NCBI GenBank assembly: GCA_964247055.1
Contig: OZ176052.1
Location: 2,294,001-2,358,000 of the forward strand
Origin: Paragordius varius
Taxonomy: Eukaryota > Animalia > Nematomorpha
Direction of reading: 5' to 3'
Length of the DNA stretch: 64,000 nucleotides
Shown here: piece after piece, positions 13,945 through 27,838 of the stretch
Layout of the letters: every line of letters begins with the position of its first letter
Numbering within the stretch: the stretch's first letter is position 1
Notes under the pieces: model-generated
Told to the model about the DNA's origin: nothing
What the model saw: only the letters and a program-made list of their open reading frames with translations
Database searches by the model: none
Translations under genes and position numbers: made by a program

Positions 13945-14483
13945 TTAACAAATGAATACAACACATTTATTTCATTCCTTCGATTCATGGGTCATTGGTC
14001 ACCTCGCTATTTTAAATAAAATATTTAAAAAAATATGGAATAAATTGAAACCTTGCAAAAGTTTGCATTTATATAACAATGATGAACCGAAATAAAAAAA
14101 GATTTATTTAAAATAACTTGATATAACTTATTTTGATAATCCTAAATGTGAAAATTTAGCCAGCATGAGATGTGTGCATTGTGGTTAATTATAAAAATAT
14201 TGCAAAATAAACCACTTTTCTAATATCAATGTTAGTTAAATTTAATTTTAGCGTTGGAATAAAAAAACACGATAATTTGCAAAAATGTTGCGAAATAAAA
14301 ATGGCGTAGAAGTTTCATATGTGGTCTTTTTTTTTCAAAATTAATTTTTATAAACATTTTGGCTTATTTATATAATTTTTATTAGGATAGAAACATAAAA
14401 TTTAAACTAGAACCGTCGCTTTCAGTAGTTTTTAAAATTATAATTTTGAATATGGTCTGAGGCCTATCCCAATTCGAATCGTA
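13945..14483. mobile_element. MITE family B, degenerate
   Basis: Collinear similarity to 9480-10046 (AAAAATGGCG..GAAGT, ATTAGGATAG, CCCAATTCGAATCG). Confidence 0.65.
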
Positions 14484-16063
14484 AAATATTCCTTTTTACG
14501 AAAATTTTTTTTTTAAGTCAACGACATTTTTGCTTTTATTTTAAGAGAACTGGCCCATTTAAGAAGGGTAAAATATGAGAGGCTAGCTCACATCTATAAA
14601 TTAAAATCTACAAAAATATTATTTTGCTATTTTTATGTAGTTTATGATATATTTTAGTGATGTTTTTTTGGAATGAAGCATTTTGTCTTCACCAAAACCG
14701 GAATTTTTCACAAATTTTTCGCAAATTTTTCCATCTTTTGATATGGAGTAAGTAAGATGCCACAAGTATAAATAAATATCTTTTTCTTAATGGCAAAAAC
14801 CAAAGCACCATGATAATCCTGATGCATTTTCCTAGAGAATTTATATATTTTATCAAGTTTTTTATACCTTGGAAGCAGTGTATAATATGTGATATATATA
14901 TTAATGATATTTTTGAAGTAGCATTTAGCTTTTACCAAAAAAAGATTAACATGATGTGCGCAAATTTTGAATTTTAAGATATAGAGCAATTACCTTAATA
15001 GTGTAAATGTTTTTTATATATCATTAGTAAGGCCGCCTCAAACCAAAAGCACCGTAAGAACATATATATTTGATCAGCATTTTTTTGTGTGCACTGTATA
15101 TATCATACAATCCATTATAAATATAAAAATGTTAGTAAAATTATATTGGCCTGACCAAAAAATGATCCGTAAATCCATATTTTGAACCAGTGGTAATTAC
15201 CAAAAAATTGAGCCCGATAAAAAAAAATTCTTCTCTCAAAAACCATATACATATAAATAATTTATAGCTGTTTGACACATTTACAGATATCCTTACTCCA
15301 AATATATACATTAAAAAATTGAATAAATAATTCAGTGTCATATAAAGCACGTATAGGGTCGCGGTTTAATTACCACTGTTTTAAATACAAATCCTTAGAA
15401 TCCATAAGAAAAACGCCTGATTTATAAATGTTTAAACGAATATGGAGGAATTTATTTATTTTAATAACTATGGATTATATAGAATGTATAGCAATTATGA
15501 AATATATATAGGCTCTATAAATGATTGGATATGGAAAGTATGATGAAATACTAAAATATTGTTGTATCATAAATTACCAAAATTATCCTACAGTAAATAC
15601 GTATATTGAAACAAAAATTATACGCTACATATATAAATGTGTTTAGTGTTGTTGCATTAGCACAAATCACTATTTTAAGGTTTTTATTAATGATCTTGCT
15701 ATTAGTATTTATTTATTTAACATGGATGATAATTTTTTAGAAAATTTTTGTGTGACAACTAAGGTAAGGAGGGATAAACACCATTAAGAGTAAAAGAATG
15801 CTTTTAGTGCTTATCATACATCCATTTGAGACTTATGTATTGACAATTTACAGGAATTTTAACAATGCCTAATATATCCAAATATATAGCATGTATTAAG
15901 ATGGTTGTCATGAACTACTATGTAGAAAAATATATCTTGACATGTTTATTCATAAAAAGTATAAAGTAACTGTTATGATTGAGCAGGTTGTTTTTTGTTT
16001 AAAATATAAAACCATGATGGTAAAACGATGCATGTCCATTCGATGTGGTAAGGAGTTTGGTAA

Positions 16064-17668
16064 TTAAGTTATAAGCTCCAAATTGCCGGATTTACGGCCG
16101 CCTACAAAACGACATCTTATTAAATCCGAAAATGATAACCGGAGAGATTTGTCATGAAACGTAGCTACGAAAATGGGTATGCATGCGCCCAAATCAAACA
16201 GAGTTCCCAGAAAACCAATTAATCCTTGCATGTTTAACATTTGGTTTAGGAAGGGTGGTTTGATCAACAAGGCTATAAGGTAGAACCATAAGAAAGGACT
16301 GTACACAATAAAGTTTCCAATGGAAATCCATAAATTGTATGAGAGATTGATGTAGGGAATATGTGAATAGTCACCCAAAAAACTAGATGAACCATCTGAG
16401 GATGAAGTAAAACCGGGAGAATTATTAGTAAAAGTCGTTATATTACTAATATCATTTATTGCGCTGTTTTGATCCTGATCATAATTTTTATGGTTATTGT
16501 TTCCATTTTCAAACATCCTTCCCCCAGGCAAAGAAGTAGTTTGAATGGAAAAATTTACTTGTTTGTTTTGTTCTGTGTCGTGAGCTGTTGAATCCGAAAT
16601 CGTTTTAATGCGTTTAATATTTTTACTCAAACTTGTTTTATAGGCTAATTTTGAGCGGATATACTTATAACGGGTAATGGCCCATGCAATAAGGTTCATT
16701 GTAACATGAAATGTTTGAATTAATAAACTATATTTAACGGCTTGATGTTCATGTATATATGGATGACTTTTCCTCACATTGAAAACTAAGGTTATAAGAA
16801 GTGCACATGAAATTCCGTAAATTGCTGATAGAATACATATTTTTACATTTGAGCACGTTTGAAAAAATCGAACTAACCATATGGGAACTATGGTATATCG
16901 TCTGATTCCAGCATCATGCACTGATCGTGTTGGATGTTTGGATCCTAGAAAGGGTATTTTATTAAAATCTAGCGTTATAGAGCGTTTCTCAATGGCTTCA
17001 GAATAAAAAATTGTTTTAAACCACAAAAACATAATGTAACTGCAATTGAAAACGAGAGAGGCATCTAGTAATCGCAGTAATATAATGGATACAACCACGG
17101 CGCTGTTATTGAATTGTTTCGTCTTCAAAAAGAATAAATCTACCGATACCTTGACTAAAAGAAAAGCAATACATCCCCATGTTAAATGTAGGCATGTTTG
17201 GTTAGGACAACCCCACGTTATCGAAGACGCACTTGTTGATTTAGAAGAAAGAGAATTGTTGATAGATTTTTGGTTATTGTCGCCATTTAGTTCCGCCGGC
17301 GTATGTGGACTATCTGTTTCCATCGAATTTGCTATGCTAATGGTATCTTCTTCTGATCCATAGGCCTTTCGAATTCTCGGAAACAGATAATATACGCCTA
17401 AAAACAATACATTGAACACGAAAAGAAAGACAGTGATAATCAAATTAAGGGTCCATATAAGTTTTTCCTTGCTGTAACCTTCCACACTTTCTTCCAATTC
17501 CAAAATAAGGTCTTCATCTTGAATCAGTAATACGGAACTACTATTGTTTTTTGCAGCTCGAATGAGCGACACTAAAGTTTCATTTATTGTTGTGCCCTTG
17601 ATAGTTGAAACGAGAGCCGGAAATATGGTGGTAGAATTTGAGAGATTTGAAGAAAAGTTTGACGACAT
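16064..17668 (-). CDS. Intronless orphan seven-transmembrane protein, divergent rhodopsin-like (class A) GPCR, 534 aa
   Basis: Single long ORF in otherwise stop-rich DNA. Seven hydrophobic segments, N-terminal N-x-S/T sites, TM6 FIVYSPF (xWxP-like), TM7/helix 8 IPIFVATFHDKSLR (NPxxY...F/R-like). The canonical DRY motif is absent. Confidence 0.75.
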   Translation of the reverse strand: MSSNFSSNLSNSTTIFPALVSTIKGTTINETLVSLIRAAKNNSSSVLLIQDEDLILELEESVEGYSKEKLIWTLNLIITVFLFVFNVLFLGVYYLFPRIRKAYGSEEDTISIANSMETDSPHTPAELNGDNNQKSINNSLSSKSTSASSITWGCPNQTCLHLTWGCIAFLLVKVSVDLFFLKTKQFNNSAVVVSIILLRLLDASLVFNCSYIMFLWFKTIFYSEAIEKRSITLDFNKIPFLGSKHPTRSVHDAGIRRYTIVPIWLVRFFQTCSNVKICILSAIYGISCALLITLVFNVRKSHPYIHEHQAVKYSLLIQTFHVTMNLIAWAITRYKYIRSKLAYKTSLSKNIKRIKTISDSTAHDTEQNKQVNFSIQTTSLPGGRMFENGNNNHKNYDQDQNSAINDISNITTFTNNSPGFTSSSDGSSSFLGDYSHIPYINLSYNLWISIGNFIVYSPFLWFYLIALLIKPPFLNQMLNMQGLIGFLGTLFDLGACIPIFVATFHDKSLRLSFSDLIRCRFVGGRKSGNLELIT

Positions 17669-20600
17669 CTAAGATAAAGTATTTGAGCGTATCAGCGGAT
17701 TATTTCAGAGAATGTAAATTAGCTTCAACCGGATATCCCATTCGTTTTAGAATTGTTAATATAATAATGCAAGCGCAGAATATAGGATGAATGATATGTT
17801 GTGTTTGTAAATTTAACAACATATATGGTTATGTATGGCAAGATGGTATTTTAATTAACAACTGAATATGAAATAATAGTGTAAGGATAAATAAAATGAA
17901 GGCACATAATAGAGCAGTAAATATAAAATAAAATAAAAATTAATTAAAGTTTTCTCAGTAATTAGTTTTGATTAATTTAAGGCTTAATTATTTTTGATAT
18001 CGAATAGTGAGAGAGACTAGCACATTTTTTTAAACGGTGATAGTATGAGGAATCGGGGAAGAATTGCTTTATATTTTATAATAATGAAGCAATAAATCAA
18101 AGCATGCATGACGGATATCCATCATTCCACTTTATTCAGCTTTAATAAAATTTAATTATATTATATTCAAGCCGTATTAATGGTAAAAAAAAGTAATTAG
18201 TTAGGAGATATTTTACCAATTGGAACAGTTGTTAAATCAATATTAAATAAGGTGAATTAATTTTTTTCTAAAATAAATAATTGAAGTATAGATCCACAGT
18301 AGATGATTGTAGCTAAAAACGGAAAATCTTTGATTTTTGAAATATTTTATTTTATAGCATATCGATTAAGTTGAATTTGAACCGCGTATTGGATTACATA
18401 GAAAATGTCACAATAAATTTTGAAAAATTATATACCAGTGTATAGATTAAAGTGTTTGAATAATATTTTATTTTAAAAAAATATATATGTATATGAAAAA
18501 TAGGGTTGTTAAAAAACGATAATAAAAAGATTCTATAAAATTATATAAATATGGAAGCAAATGAATTATCTAAATCAGGAAATGATGCATTGTGATATGA
18601 TACTATTTTAATCTTTAAACTTGTGTTCAAATTTATTATAAAATAATTATTTAAATAAAAAAATAAGTTTTACAATAAATCTGAACTAAACGAACAAGTC
18701 TGACTTATAATATACACGATTTATATAATGTAACAGAAAAAAAGTTTTTTTATATAAAAATATAAACAATAAGAATTACCGTATATTTACAATATAATTT
18801 GGTTCTTAAAACATATTGGAGAAAGGAGGGAAATATTTATGAGAGCTAGAGAAATGTTCAAAAATGCACCCCACACATTCCATATTTTTGATTTTTACTT
18901 TTATATATAGTGAAAAGCTTGCTTAATCCAACCACAGTCAAACTTTCTTTCCAAATGTAATGTGTTCTCATTAATCATTTAATGGCAAATTATTGCATTA
19001 GAACTATATGATTAATATATATATTCGCTAAAATTATCATAAATGTGTGAATTATTTTCATTACATGTATAACGCGATGTGCAATAGTGTATAAACAATA
19101 ATATAAAAAAATTATTGTGCTTTGTTAATTTGAAATATATATAATTTTTAAGCCAAAGCCCATTTTGTTAAACAAATTATTTGTTTAGATTTCAAATCAA
19201 AAAATGCAATTTTGTCCTAATTATATTTTTTATTTTTAAAAAGCAAATCTTTAATATTATATGCCAAATAATAGATACCTCAAATCTTGGATTCGCATAA
19301 GAGTTCACATTTTACTTTGGTTTTTGGAAAAAAACCATCATCATGACAAAAATACTTAGCCTTGATTAAAAAAGTAGACAAAGTTTAATATTTTATTTAT
19401 GGTATAACTAAGCTCTAAGGTCACACGTAAGAATTAGTTGAAAAATATTTAATCACAATAGGGTCCGAATTTCCGATGATCAAAAAAATTCTCTCTCTTT
19501 AACCCATTTAAAAAATATATATTATTTTTGAAGGTCTTTGTGGATGTGATTGACTCCTAGAAAATCCTAAGTTTTTTAATCGGTTTATATGCTCTTAACT
19601 GATGACATTTCATATTTTTGCAAAACCATCACGAAGCTACACTTATATTTTAACAGGATAATCTTTGACTATTTATTTACAATATCAATTTATTAATGGT
19701 TACTATTAAACATAAAACAAAGTTTTTACAAGCTTATAAGGCGATTTCATTGAAACAAAAAAACGCTATCATATCATAAATGTGGTTTTTCTACTATACG
19801 AATTTAAGGTTTTTTATTTTTACAATTTGGTTTTTCTCTTAAATGTTTAAAAAACAAACACACCATTTTAAACGTCTGTTTTATTGAGAAGCCTGCCACC
19901 ATATCCATATTTTATAAAATAAAAAAGCTATACATAGGCTACCAAATCCTCTTATCTCTTTTCTTGTTAACAAATTTGGCATTTTTCATTTACTACTATC
20001 TACAATTATAAATAAAGCTGGCAATTAAAAGATAACATGCATGCATCAACGCTAAAAACTAAAGTAACTAACATATCTTTCTTTCTTGTGGAAGTTTTAA
20101 AAAAATATTTATTTTCTACTTTTAAGAATTAATTATTCCTATCCATATGATGATGAATCTAAAAATAGAGTTTTGTATTCGCGTAAAATATCTCGTCTAG
20201 CTAAAATCTAAAGGATTAAAACAACAGACCATATCCATAACCTTAAAACACATTCAATGAGAATTAACCGTTTAGCCAAATTTTTTTAAAAAATTTTTTT
20301 TATAAAATTTTGGATTGAGAAAAACTTTAGACACGTAGACTATAAAATAAAGTTCATTTTTTTTTCATTTTCCCCATTATATGGTAATGAAGTGGTTTTT
20401 ACAAAAAATAAAATCTTTTTATTCATTTATCATAAAAAACGAATAGAATGGATTCAAAATTAAAATCGATAAATTGAGACAAAAAAATTGGTGTATATAT
20501 TTAAATTTTTAACTCTTAATTGTGTGCGCAATATAATGGAACCAGTTATAATATTTATGTTTGTTAGTCATTTGTTAAAACAAAAAATGGTAATCTCACA

Positions 20601-21940
20601 TAAAATATAAATAAATATTATTTTAAATTTCAAATTTATCCGTGCGATAATGACGCAAATTGGTTAACAAATCTTTTTTTCGACACCACTTCATTATCAT
20701 GATAAAATATGTGAAATTTGATATATGTATGTATATATAAAATAAAATTGTACAAATTTTTCAAGCAAATTATATTTTTGTTGATACTCTCAGATTTATT
20801 GATTATTATTATAGTTATAGTTAAACTATACAATCTAATAATTATCATTAAAAATAAATTATGCGGAGAAAAATACTCCTTTTATTACTGTAGTAAAACA
20901 TTGGTCTTTAAATGACGCATTTTATAATTGTTTTAAAAGGAGAGGTTGAATTGGAGTTAATTTAATAATTGTTTTTAAATATTGATAAATTATATGGTTT
21001 ATTATACATTATAAGAATAAAATAAGTGAATTATAATAATTTTTTAAATCAAATAATTAAAACAAACTTTCACCGATTATCACGAAAAGGAAAATTTTGT
21101 TTAAAAAGGTTAATAAATAAATCTGTTCCCTAAAACCTATTTTTTCAATCATGATCGATTTGCAAAACTATATAATGTTTGTGACCCTATTTCTTAATTT
21201 TTACTAGTTTTAATTCAATTAACATATATTACGGAAAAAAGTAAAAGCTGTCTGCGCTTTTATATATAAATATTTTATTATATTAGTCTCGAATAGAATA
21301 GGAGAAATTCCATAGGATTATCCAATAATATATTGTATTATATTATAACATAACATCTAATTAACCCATTTCTATACCAGATAAAACAATATTAATTAAT
21401 ACAATTAACACAATAGGTATTTAATATATTTTATATTCCCTAGTTTCTTTTTTTGCGACTGTTTTTAAAATGTTTATGCAGGTAAATACTTCACCCTCAA
21501 ATTATTTCTTCATTAAACACACTTTTAAACCCGAATAAATATTAAAAATTAAAATGTTTTATAGTTTTTAAGCGATTTCCAGGCTATTGAATATTTAGAT
21601 TTAACCGATAGTGGGCAGATCATACTTGAGTAACTTTTTTCATTTAACCCTTTATTTGGGTCTACCGTGTGAGACGCGTTTTTCATAAAAGTTTAAGCCC
21701 TATATAATGTTCTAGATATCTTCCTCAGATATGCTAAGCGCTTTTTTTAAATTATACGCTGGATAGGTTTGTATATGTAGGTGAATTATTTTATAAAATT
21801 GTATCAAAATATTTTTTAGAACCGAGTTGATTGGTATATTTTTGATAAATCTTTGACTGGTCATGATTGTTTATAGCATTAAACGATTAAACCGGTTCTT
21901 ATTTGTATAGTGAGTGTGTGTGGTTGATACTATATTTATC

Positions 21941-22290
21941 TATACCATTTACAATTCAAATTCACCCTTGAACAATTCAAATTCACCCTTAAACAATTCA
22001 AATTCACCCTTAAACAATTCAAATTCACCCTTGAACAATTCATATTCACCCTCAAATAAAATATATGTTTTTTAAGATTAAAAATTACCTATATTTTTTA
22101 TATATTTTTAAATAAAAATTTTGTTTTAAATTATATATTGAAAAAATAATAAACTATGCCATAAAGATATATTCATATTAATTATGAGTTATATTAGTTC
22201 GATAACACATAATTAATTTTTGGGTGAATTTGAATTGTTCGAGGGTGAATTTGAATTGTTCAAGGTTGAATTTGAACTGTAAATGGTATA
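21941..22290. mobile_element. MITE family A (well preserved)
   Basis: Intact TIRs, about four 20-bp units on the left and three on the right. Confidence 0.9.
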
Positions 22291-23108
22291 CATGCCAACT
22301 CTTTCCCATAAACTTAAAGCCACAAGGTGAAAATAGCTTTGTTTAGGAATATCTTTTATCGAAAAAAAAAAAGTTATAAAATAATGAGATTTTGAGCAAA
22401 TTGTCATGATTTCTTTATTTTACGCAAGAAAATTCATAAAATATCGATGGCCAATTTAAATAATTACTGTGAAATAGGAACAAGGGCAAAATCCATTTAA
22501 TTGTTGATTTTAGCGTTAAAATCGAAGTTTTAACATAATTCCTTGGCCCCAATAATAGCAACTTGACAAAGTTGCAAATAATTGGGCACTATTTAACTCA
22601 TTTTAATAAAATGTTTAAGATAAATAAATATAGATAAAATTAAAATCACAAAAGTTGGTAAAATTTAAATTCGAACTTTTGATTTAAAGTATTTTTAATT
22701 TACATGACATTTTTAGAGATAATCCATATAATGTCTGTTAATTATTTATTAATTTGATAATTATTATAATGCACTCAATATAAACAATGTTTAATGTCAA
22801 ATAATGTTATAATTTGTAATGTGTGTGAAAAGAGTATATATATTCAAAAAAGTACACTGTTGTGAAACCTTCGGGAATATATCTAAATAAATTATAAAAT
22901 CAGGATAATAGTGTTGGTAAATTTTAAGGCTAATAAAATTTTGTGAAATCGATAATCCCTCCCCGTCAAAACGCATTTCCAATCCACAAAAAGTCCTTGA
23001 AAACAAAATTATTTATCCATGTTGGTTTTATTTTTTGCCACAAACTACATCATACTTATCTAAATAAGTTAAATAAGAGATTAGGGAAACACATAATCTA
23101 ATAATCTC

Positions 23109-26100
23109 TTAATTTTGAAATCCGAAAAACTCTAAGTTATATTTTTCTCAAAACTCTTCATATAAAAACACATTTAATATCAACCTCCTGAAGACAGCGT
23201 TTTTTTAACCGTAAAAGATAAGTTTAGCAAAGAGGGGCTGTTTATTGATGTTGGTTCAATGATGTTGTCATTTTCGTTGTCTGGTTGAATATTAAGGTCA
23301 AGCCCTGAGGAGACATAACCACGGCATTGAAAATTGGCATATATTTTTTGAGCATTAATGATATCTATTGCGCTTTCTTTGTTTTCATTATGAAGGAGAG
23401 AGTCATTTTTTGTTTTATAACAATATTTTGCTCGTAAAATCCCATTATAATTAGTTAAGTCTTTAGTGTTATTGGGTCGTTTGATATTTTTACAGCTAGG
23501 AGGATTATCATACAAGGCATAGTTTGATGATAAAGTGGGTGAATTCGTTTTTGAACCAAAACAATTTTTGATTGTTTCATCACCAGCTGACGGCGTATCG
23601 GTTACCAGGGCCCATGAAAGTTTTTGTTCAATGGAATCCCTAATTAGGAATTGTAAAAAATATTATTATTATTAAAAAACGTAAATTTAGGATATGTTAT
23701 CATTTTAAGGGGGTCGGTTAAATAATAAATACTAATACTTACTACTCAGTATTACAAACATAGCAAATAGCAATGTAAATCGATTGAATAATAAAAAAAT
23801 AAAAATTTTAGTAAATACTAGGCTAGTAATTAGCTAGTGTGAGTTAATTGAGCTAAGGAAGGGTCGGTTAAACAAAAAAATCAGAAACTGCTAAGTAATT
23901 ATTTCCTCAATAACATATAAGGAAGTAATCATTATTTGAAAGTAATAGAAAATTTGATATTTTAGAAATCATAACCATGATTCTTGTACTTTATAAAAAT
24001 GAACCGAAATTTTTTTTAAAACCGTTTCAAATATGAATAAACCGCATTGTTTCAAGTATATATAAAATTATTTCATGAAATTTTAATAATTATATTATCG
24101 ATTTTAAGGTTTGATTCTTTTAAAACCGTAAACGTAGAAATATATGGTCATTAAAAATTACCAACTTAGATAATTAACATTGAAAATGTCGTTTTCATAT
24201 TCACAATAAACGCCATAGTATATGATACTACAAATTTAACAAATTAATAAAATATTAATAACTTTTATTAATTTGAAATAAGTTTAATTATTTAAAGTTC
24301 ATATATAACCTATTAGTATAATTTTTTGCTAAATATATTAAATTTTAAATATCCGCTGTCTTTTTATTAAAAATATTTTATACTTATACTATAAAAATGG
24401 TTCTATGACCAATAAAAATCCAATATATTACAACACAAAACTTAAAAGAGGATATACATAAAATCATCCAAACACTTATAGGGTTTTTATAACACCAGGG
24501 CCTCTTAATTAAAATAATAAAAATAGCCAAATTTAACAACTTTCTTTAGTTTTTTCAGATGATTAATTTTTTTTAAAAAAAAGTAAAGTAAAAAATCCTT
24601 ATCTGAAACCTTTTCGCCGCCATAATAGAACAGGCCAAAAAAATATTATGGTTAAATACAAATAATTAACTTTGGAAAGTTTCAAATTCTAAATTACCAG
24701 AAAAGTTTTGATATTTACCGATTCCAATATCAGCTGTTCGTTTATGTCGTGTTTTGGAACTGTCTAACTTTGGGACTCGGAAGTTAAAATACTTTTCCTT
24801 ATTTAAGCCGGGGAAAAGGATTTGATAATTAAATTTAAACCAAAACACCTTATAAAACAGTAGTTGGTTTACAATTTTAATCTCCGGATGATAAAAGTAC
24901 CCCATGTTATCGCGTACAAAAAAATGAAATTGTAATCAAGTGTTAAAGATTAAAAAAATCAAACGTTATCATATTAACCAAACAGACAAAAAATTGAAAA
25001 ATCTGAAGATAAACGCATATAAAGCGAAATATTGACAAGGTTGAAAATTTTACATTAAGTCAGGGGTGTCTAATGCAAAGGCCTTTACAAGGCCGCATTC
25101 AGCTCTCACTTTATGGACCAGCGAAAAATTAGGCATAATATGCAAATATATATTCTCACAAAACCTTAGTAACTTATTGATATTCCTTAAACAATTTTTT
25201 AAAACAATTCTATCCAAATGACCATGCTAAAACAATTGTTATACTTTGCATTTTACAGTCTAATGTGTTTAATCTAACAATTGATTTAATAATCATTTAT
25301 ATCTCAATGGCCTACCAATTTTTTTGTGTTAAAAATGCGGCTCGTGAAACCATTTGTGTTGGGATTTACCCATCTCAGCTACAAATTATGGGAATTTATC
25401 AATATTCACAAAAAGGTAATAATCCTGTTTATTTCAATAAACTCCAGTTGCACTTTAAACGGCAAATTTGAACGATATCGAACGAAGGTGATTGTGAAAT
25501 TAACTGCAAACTAAACACTCTATTAGATCAACAAATTATTGTTGACAAAAAAGATAATTGGAGCTCTAGCCTGTAGGAATTAAATTTAAAGACAAGAAAT
25601 TAGTAATAATTTGTACTATATTTAATAAATTTTTGTAATAATTATTATTATATAAAATAGGTTAAGAATCTTGTCTATCTAGTTTTATTTTTTTTCTCTT
25701 ATTAAATTCTCAAAGTCAAATTATTCCTAATAATTTCGTTAACTTCTATATATTATCATTAAGATGTTTGGATAACTTGTAAAGTACACAACACGCTATA
25801 ATTATTGTGGGAATCCCTGACAAATTTTACTTAAATATTAATTCCTAAAATTAAAAATATGCGTTTAAGTGTCAAACACCTTGGGAAAGTTTCCCACCCC
25901 ACTGACTTATACTCCAAAAAATATTTAGTAATAAAATCAATAGATGAGGAGATTCAAATATTTAACGTTTTTTAAATAAGGGAAGTTTATAATTATTTCC
26001 TTTGCTAAGATTTTTTGTAAATACATAATGTTAACAAAAAATATATACAAACACTAATTATTAATTGGGTTGATTTTTAGGTATATTCTCAATTAGTCCG

Positions 26101-27801
26101 GTAAGCATCAACCTTGAAAAAATCCAGTTTCTATTAGGAAATTTTGGCAAAAAAATTTGTTCTACTATATTTTTTAGTGAATACATTCCATATAGTAAAT
26201 ATACCAGATAATGATAAAAAAAATTATTCAATCGACACTATAGCATATATAAACACTTGTTATAGTAAAACCTAGGTAATATACCATTTACACAAATTCA
26301 CCCTTTAACAATTCAATTCACCCTTGAACAATTCAAATTCACCCTAAAAATAAATTATGTGTTTTCGAACTAATATAACTAATTATTAATATGAATTAAA
26401 TCTTTATGACATAGTTTATTTTTTCAGTATTATTATATTTTAAAACAAAATTTTATTTAAAAAGTTATAATTAGGTAAATTTTTATCTAAAAAACATATA
26501 ATTTATTTGAGGGTGCATTTGAATTGTTCGAGGAAAAATTTAAATTGTTCAAGGGTGAATTTGAATTGTAAATGGTATATGTAAAAATATTATATTCGAT
26601 CGATTTCTAAGCAATAGCATTTAATTTTTATTCAACCGACCCTATCTAATTCTTGTCTAAAAAGAGCATTATAATCGTAAACATATATATATATATATGA
26701 CAAATTTAAAAATTAATATTCATCATAAAAAATAAAAGAAATTTAAATTTTTTGGAATTCTATATATTCACTTATATGTTATTCAATATCAAGTTTAACA
26801 TTAATATCATGATTGTGTTGTTTAAAATATGGATTTCTTAAAAACATGGTGTCGGAGACAAAGTAATTTTAAATTTATAAGGGAAAACTCCGCGTAATTT
26901 TTTTATATAAATAAAAATTGATAAAACGTAGGTTATTTTTGATCAAACGATCTTTTTATAATAAAGTCGTAAAATTAATGTTGCGTAAGTTTTATAGCCA
27001 GCCTTTCATGAAAATAAAAAGCGCAAGATTTCACTTTAAAAAGTAAAATTAATTTTTCATGTTTATTAAATTAATTTTATATATATATATTCCTTGATCA
27101 GATATTTATCTTTGTATATGTAATATAATGACAAATTATAATTAAATAAGTATATATACCAAGTACTATGAGGTTTAGATTGAATTTTTGAAATCTCAAA
27201 CACGGGATCTAAATAGGCCCCTATCTCCACTTGCTTAAAATTAAGTTTTGGCATTGCAATATTGGTATAGCTTGTTATATCGCCAATGTTTGAGGTAATT
27301 TGATTTGGATTGGCAATTATATTATTAGTGTCCATAACGTTTTTTCTTATTACTGATGATGATGAATTACTATTAATACTATTCCAATTATTGGGATTAA
27401 TATGTTCATGATTATTCCTATGTAAAAGATTATATTGAATTCTCAATTCCACAGTTTGACGTGTTGTATCAATTTTCCAGGAAGGATTAAGTGTGATAGG
27501 ATATTGAATGTTGGGAATATTTGAACACTACAAAATAGTTTAAAAAAACATATATAAAGGAAGTTAAATTGTATAGAGTTAGTTTTTATAAAAAAAGCGT
27601 CCTTAAGTGGTTAATTTAAACAAATTTTAAGTAAAAAAATATATTTAGAGAAAAATATTGGATTGAAAATATTAAAAAAAAATTTATATTTTTTTAGAAT
27701 CAATATAATATGGCGTTTTAAATTTAAATATTTTATTTTTTTGAAAATATTGAGATTTAAAAAAGCAATGTATATTAGCTTTATTTTTTATAACCAAACA
27801 T

Positions 27802-27838
<37 letters not shown>

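Noticed and set aside
17046-17363. 105-aa plus-strand ORF
   Set aside because: Antisense shadow of the GPCR ORF. The same applies to 29896-30102, 36101-36310, 36831-37109, 37428-37628, 55014-55265 and 56457-56708.
21941-22050. Regular 20-bp repeats resembling a CRISPR array
   Set aside because: Units are directly adjacent with no unique spacers, are mirrored at the other end of a TIR element, and lie in a eukaryotic intron-rich context without cas genes.
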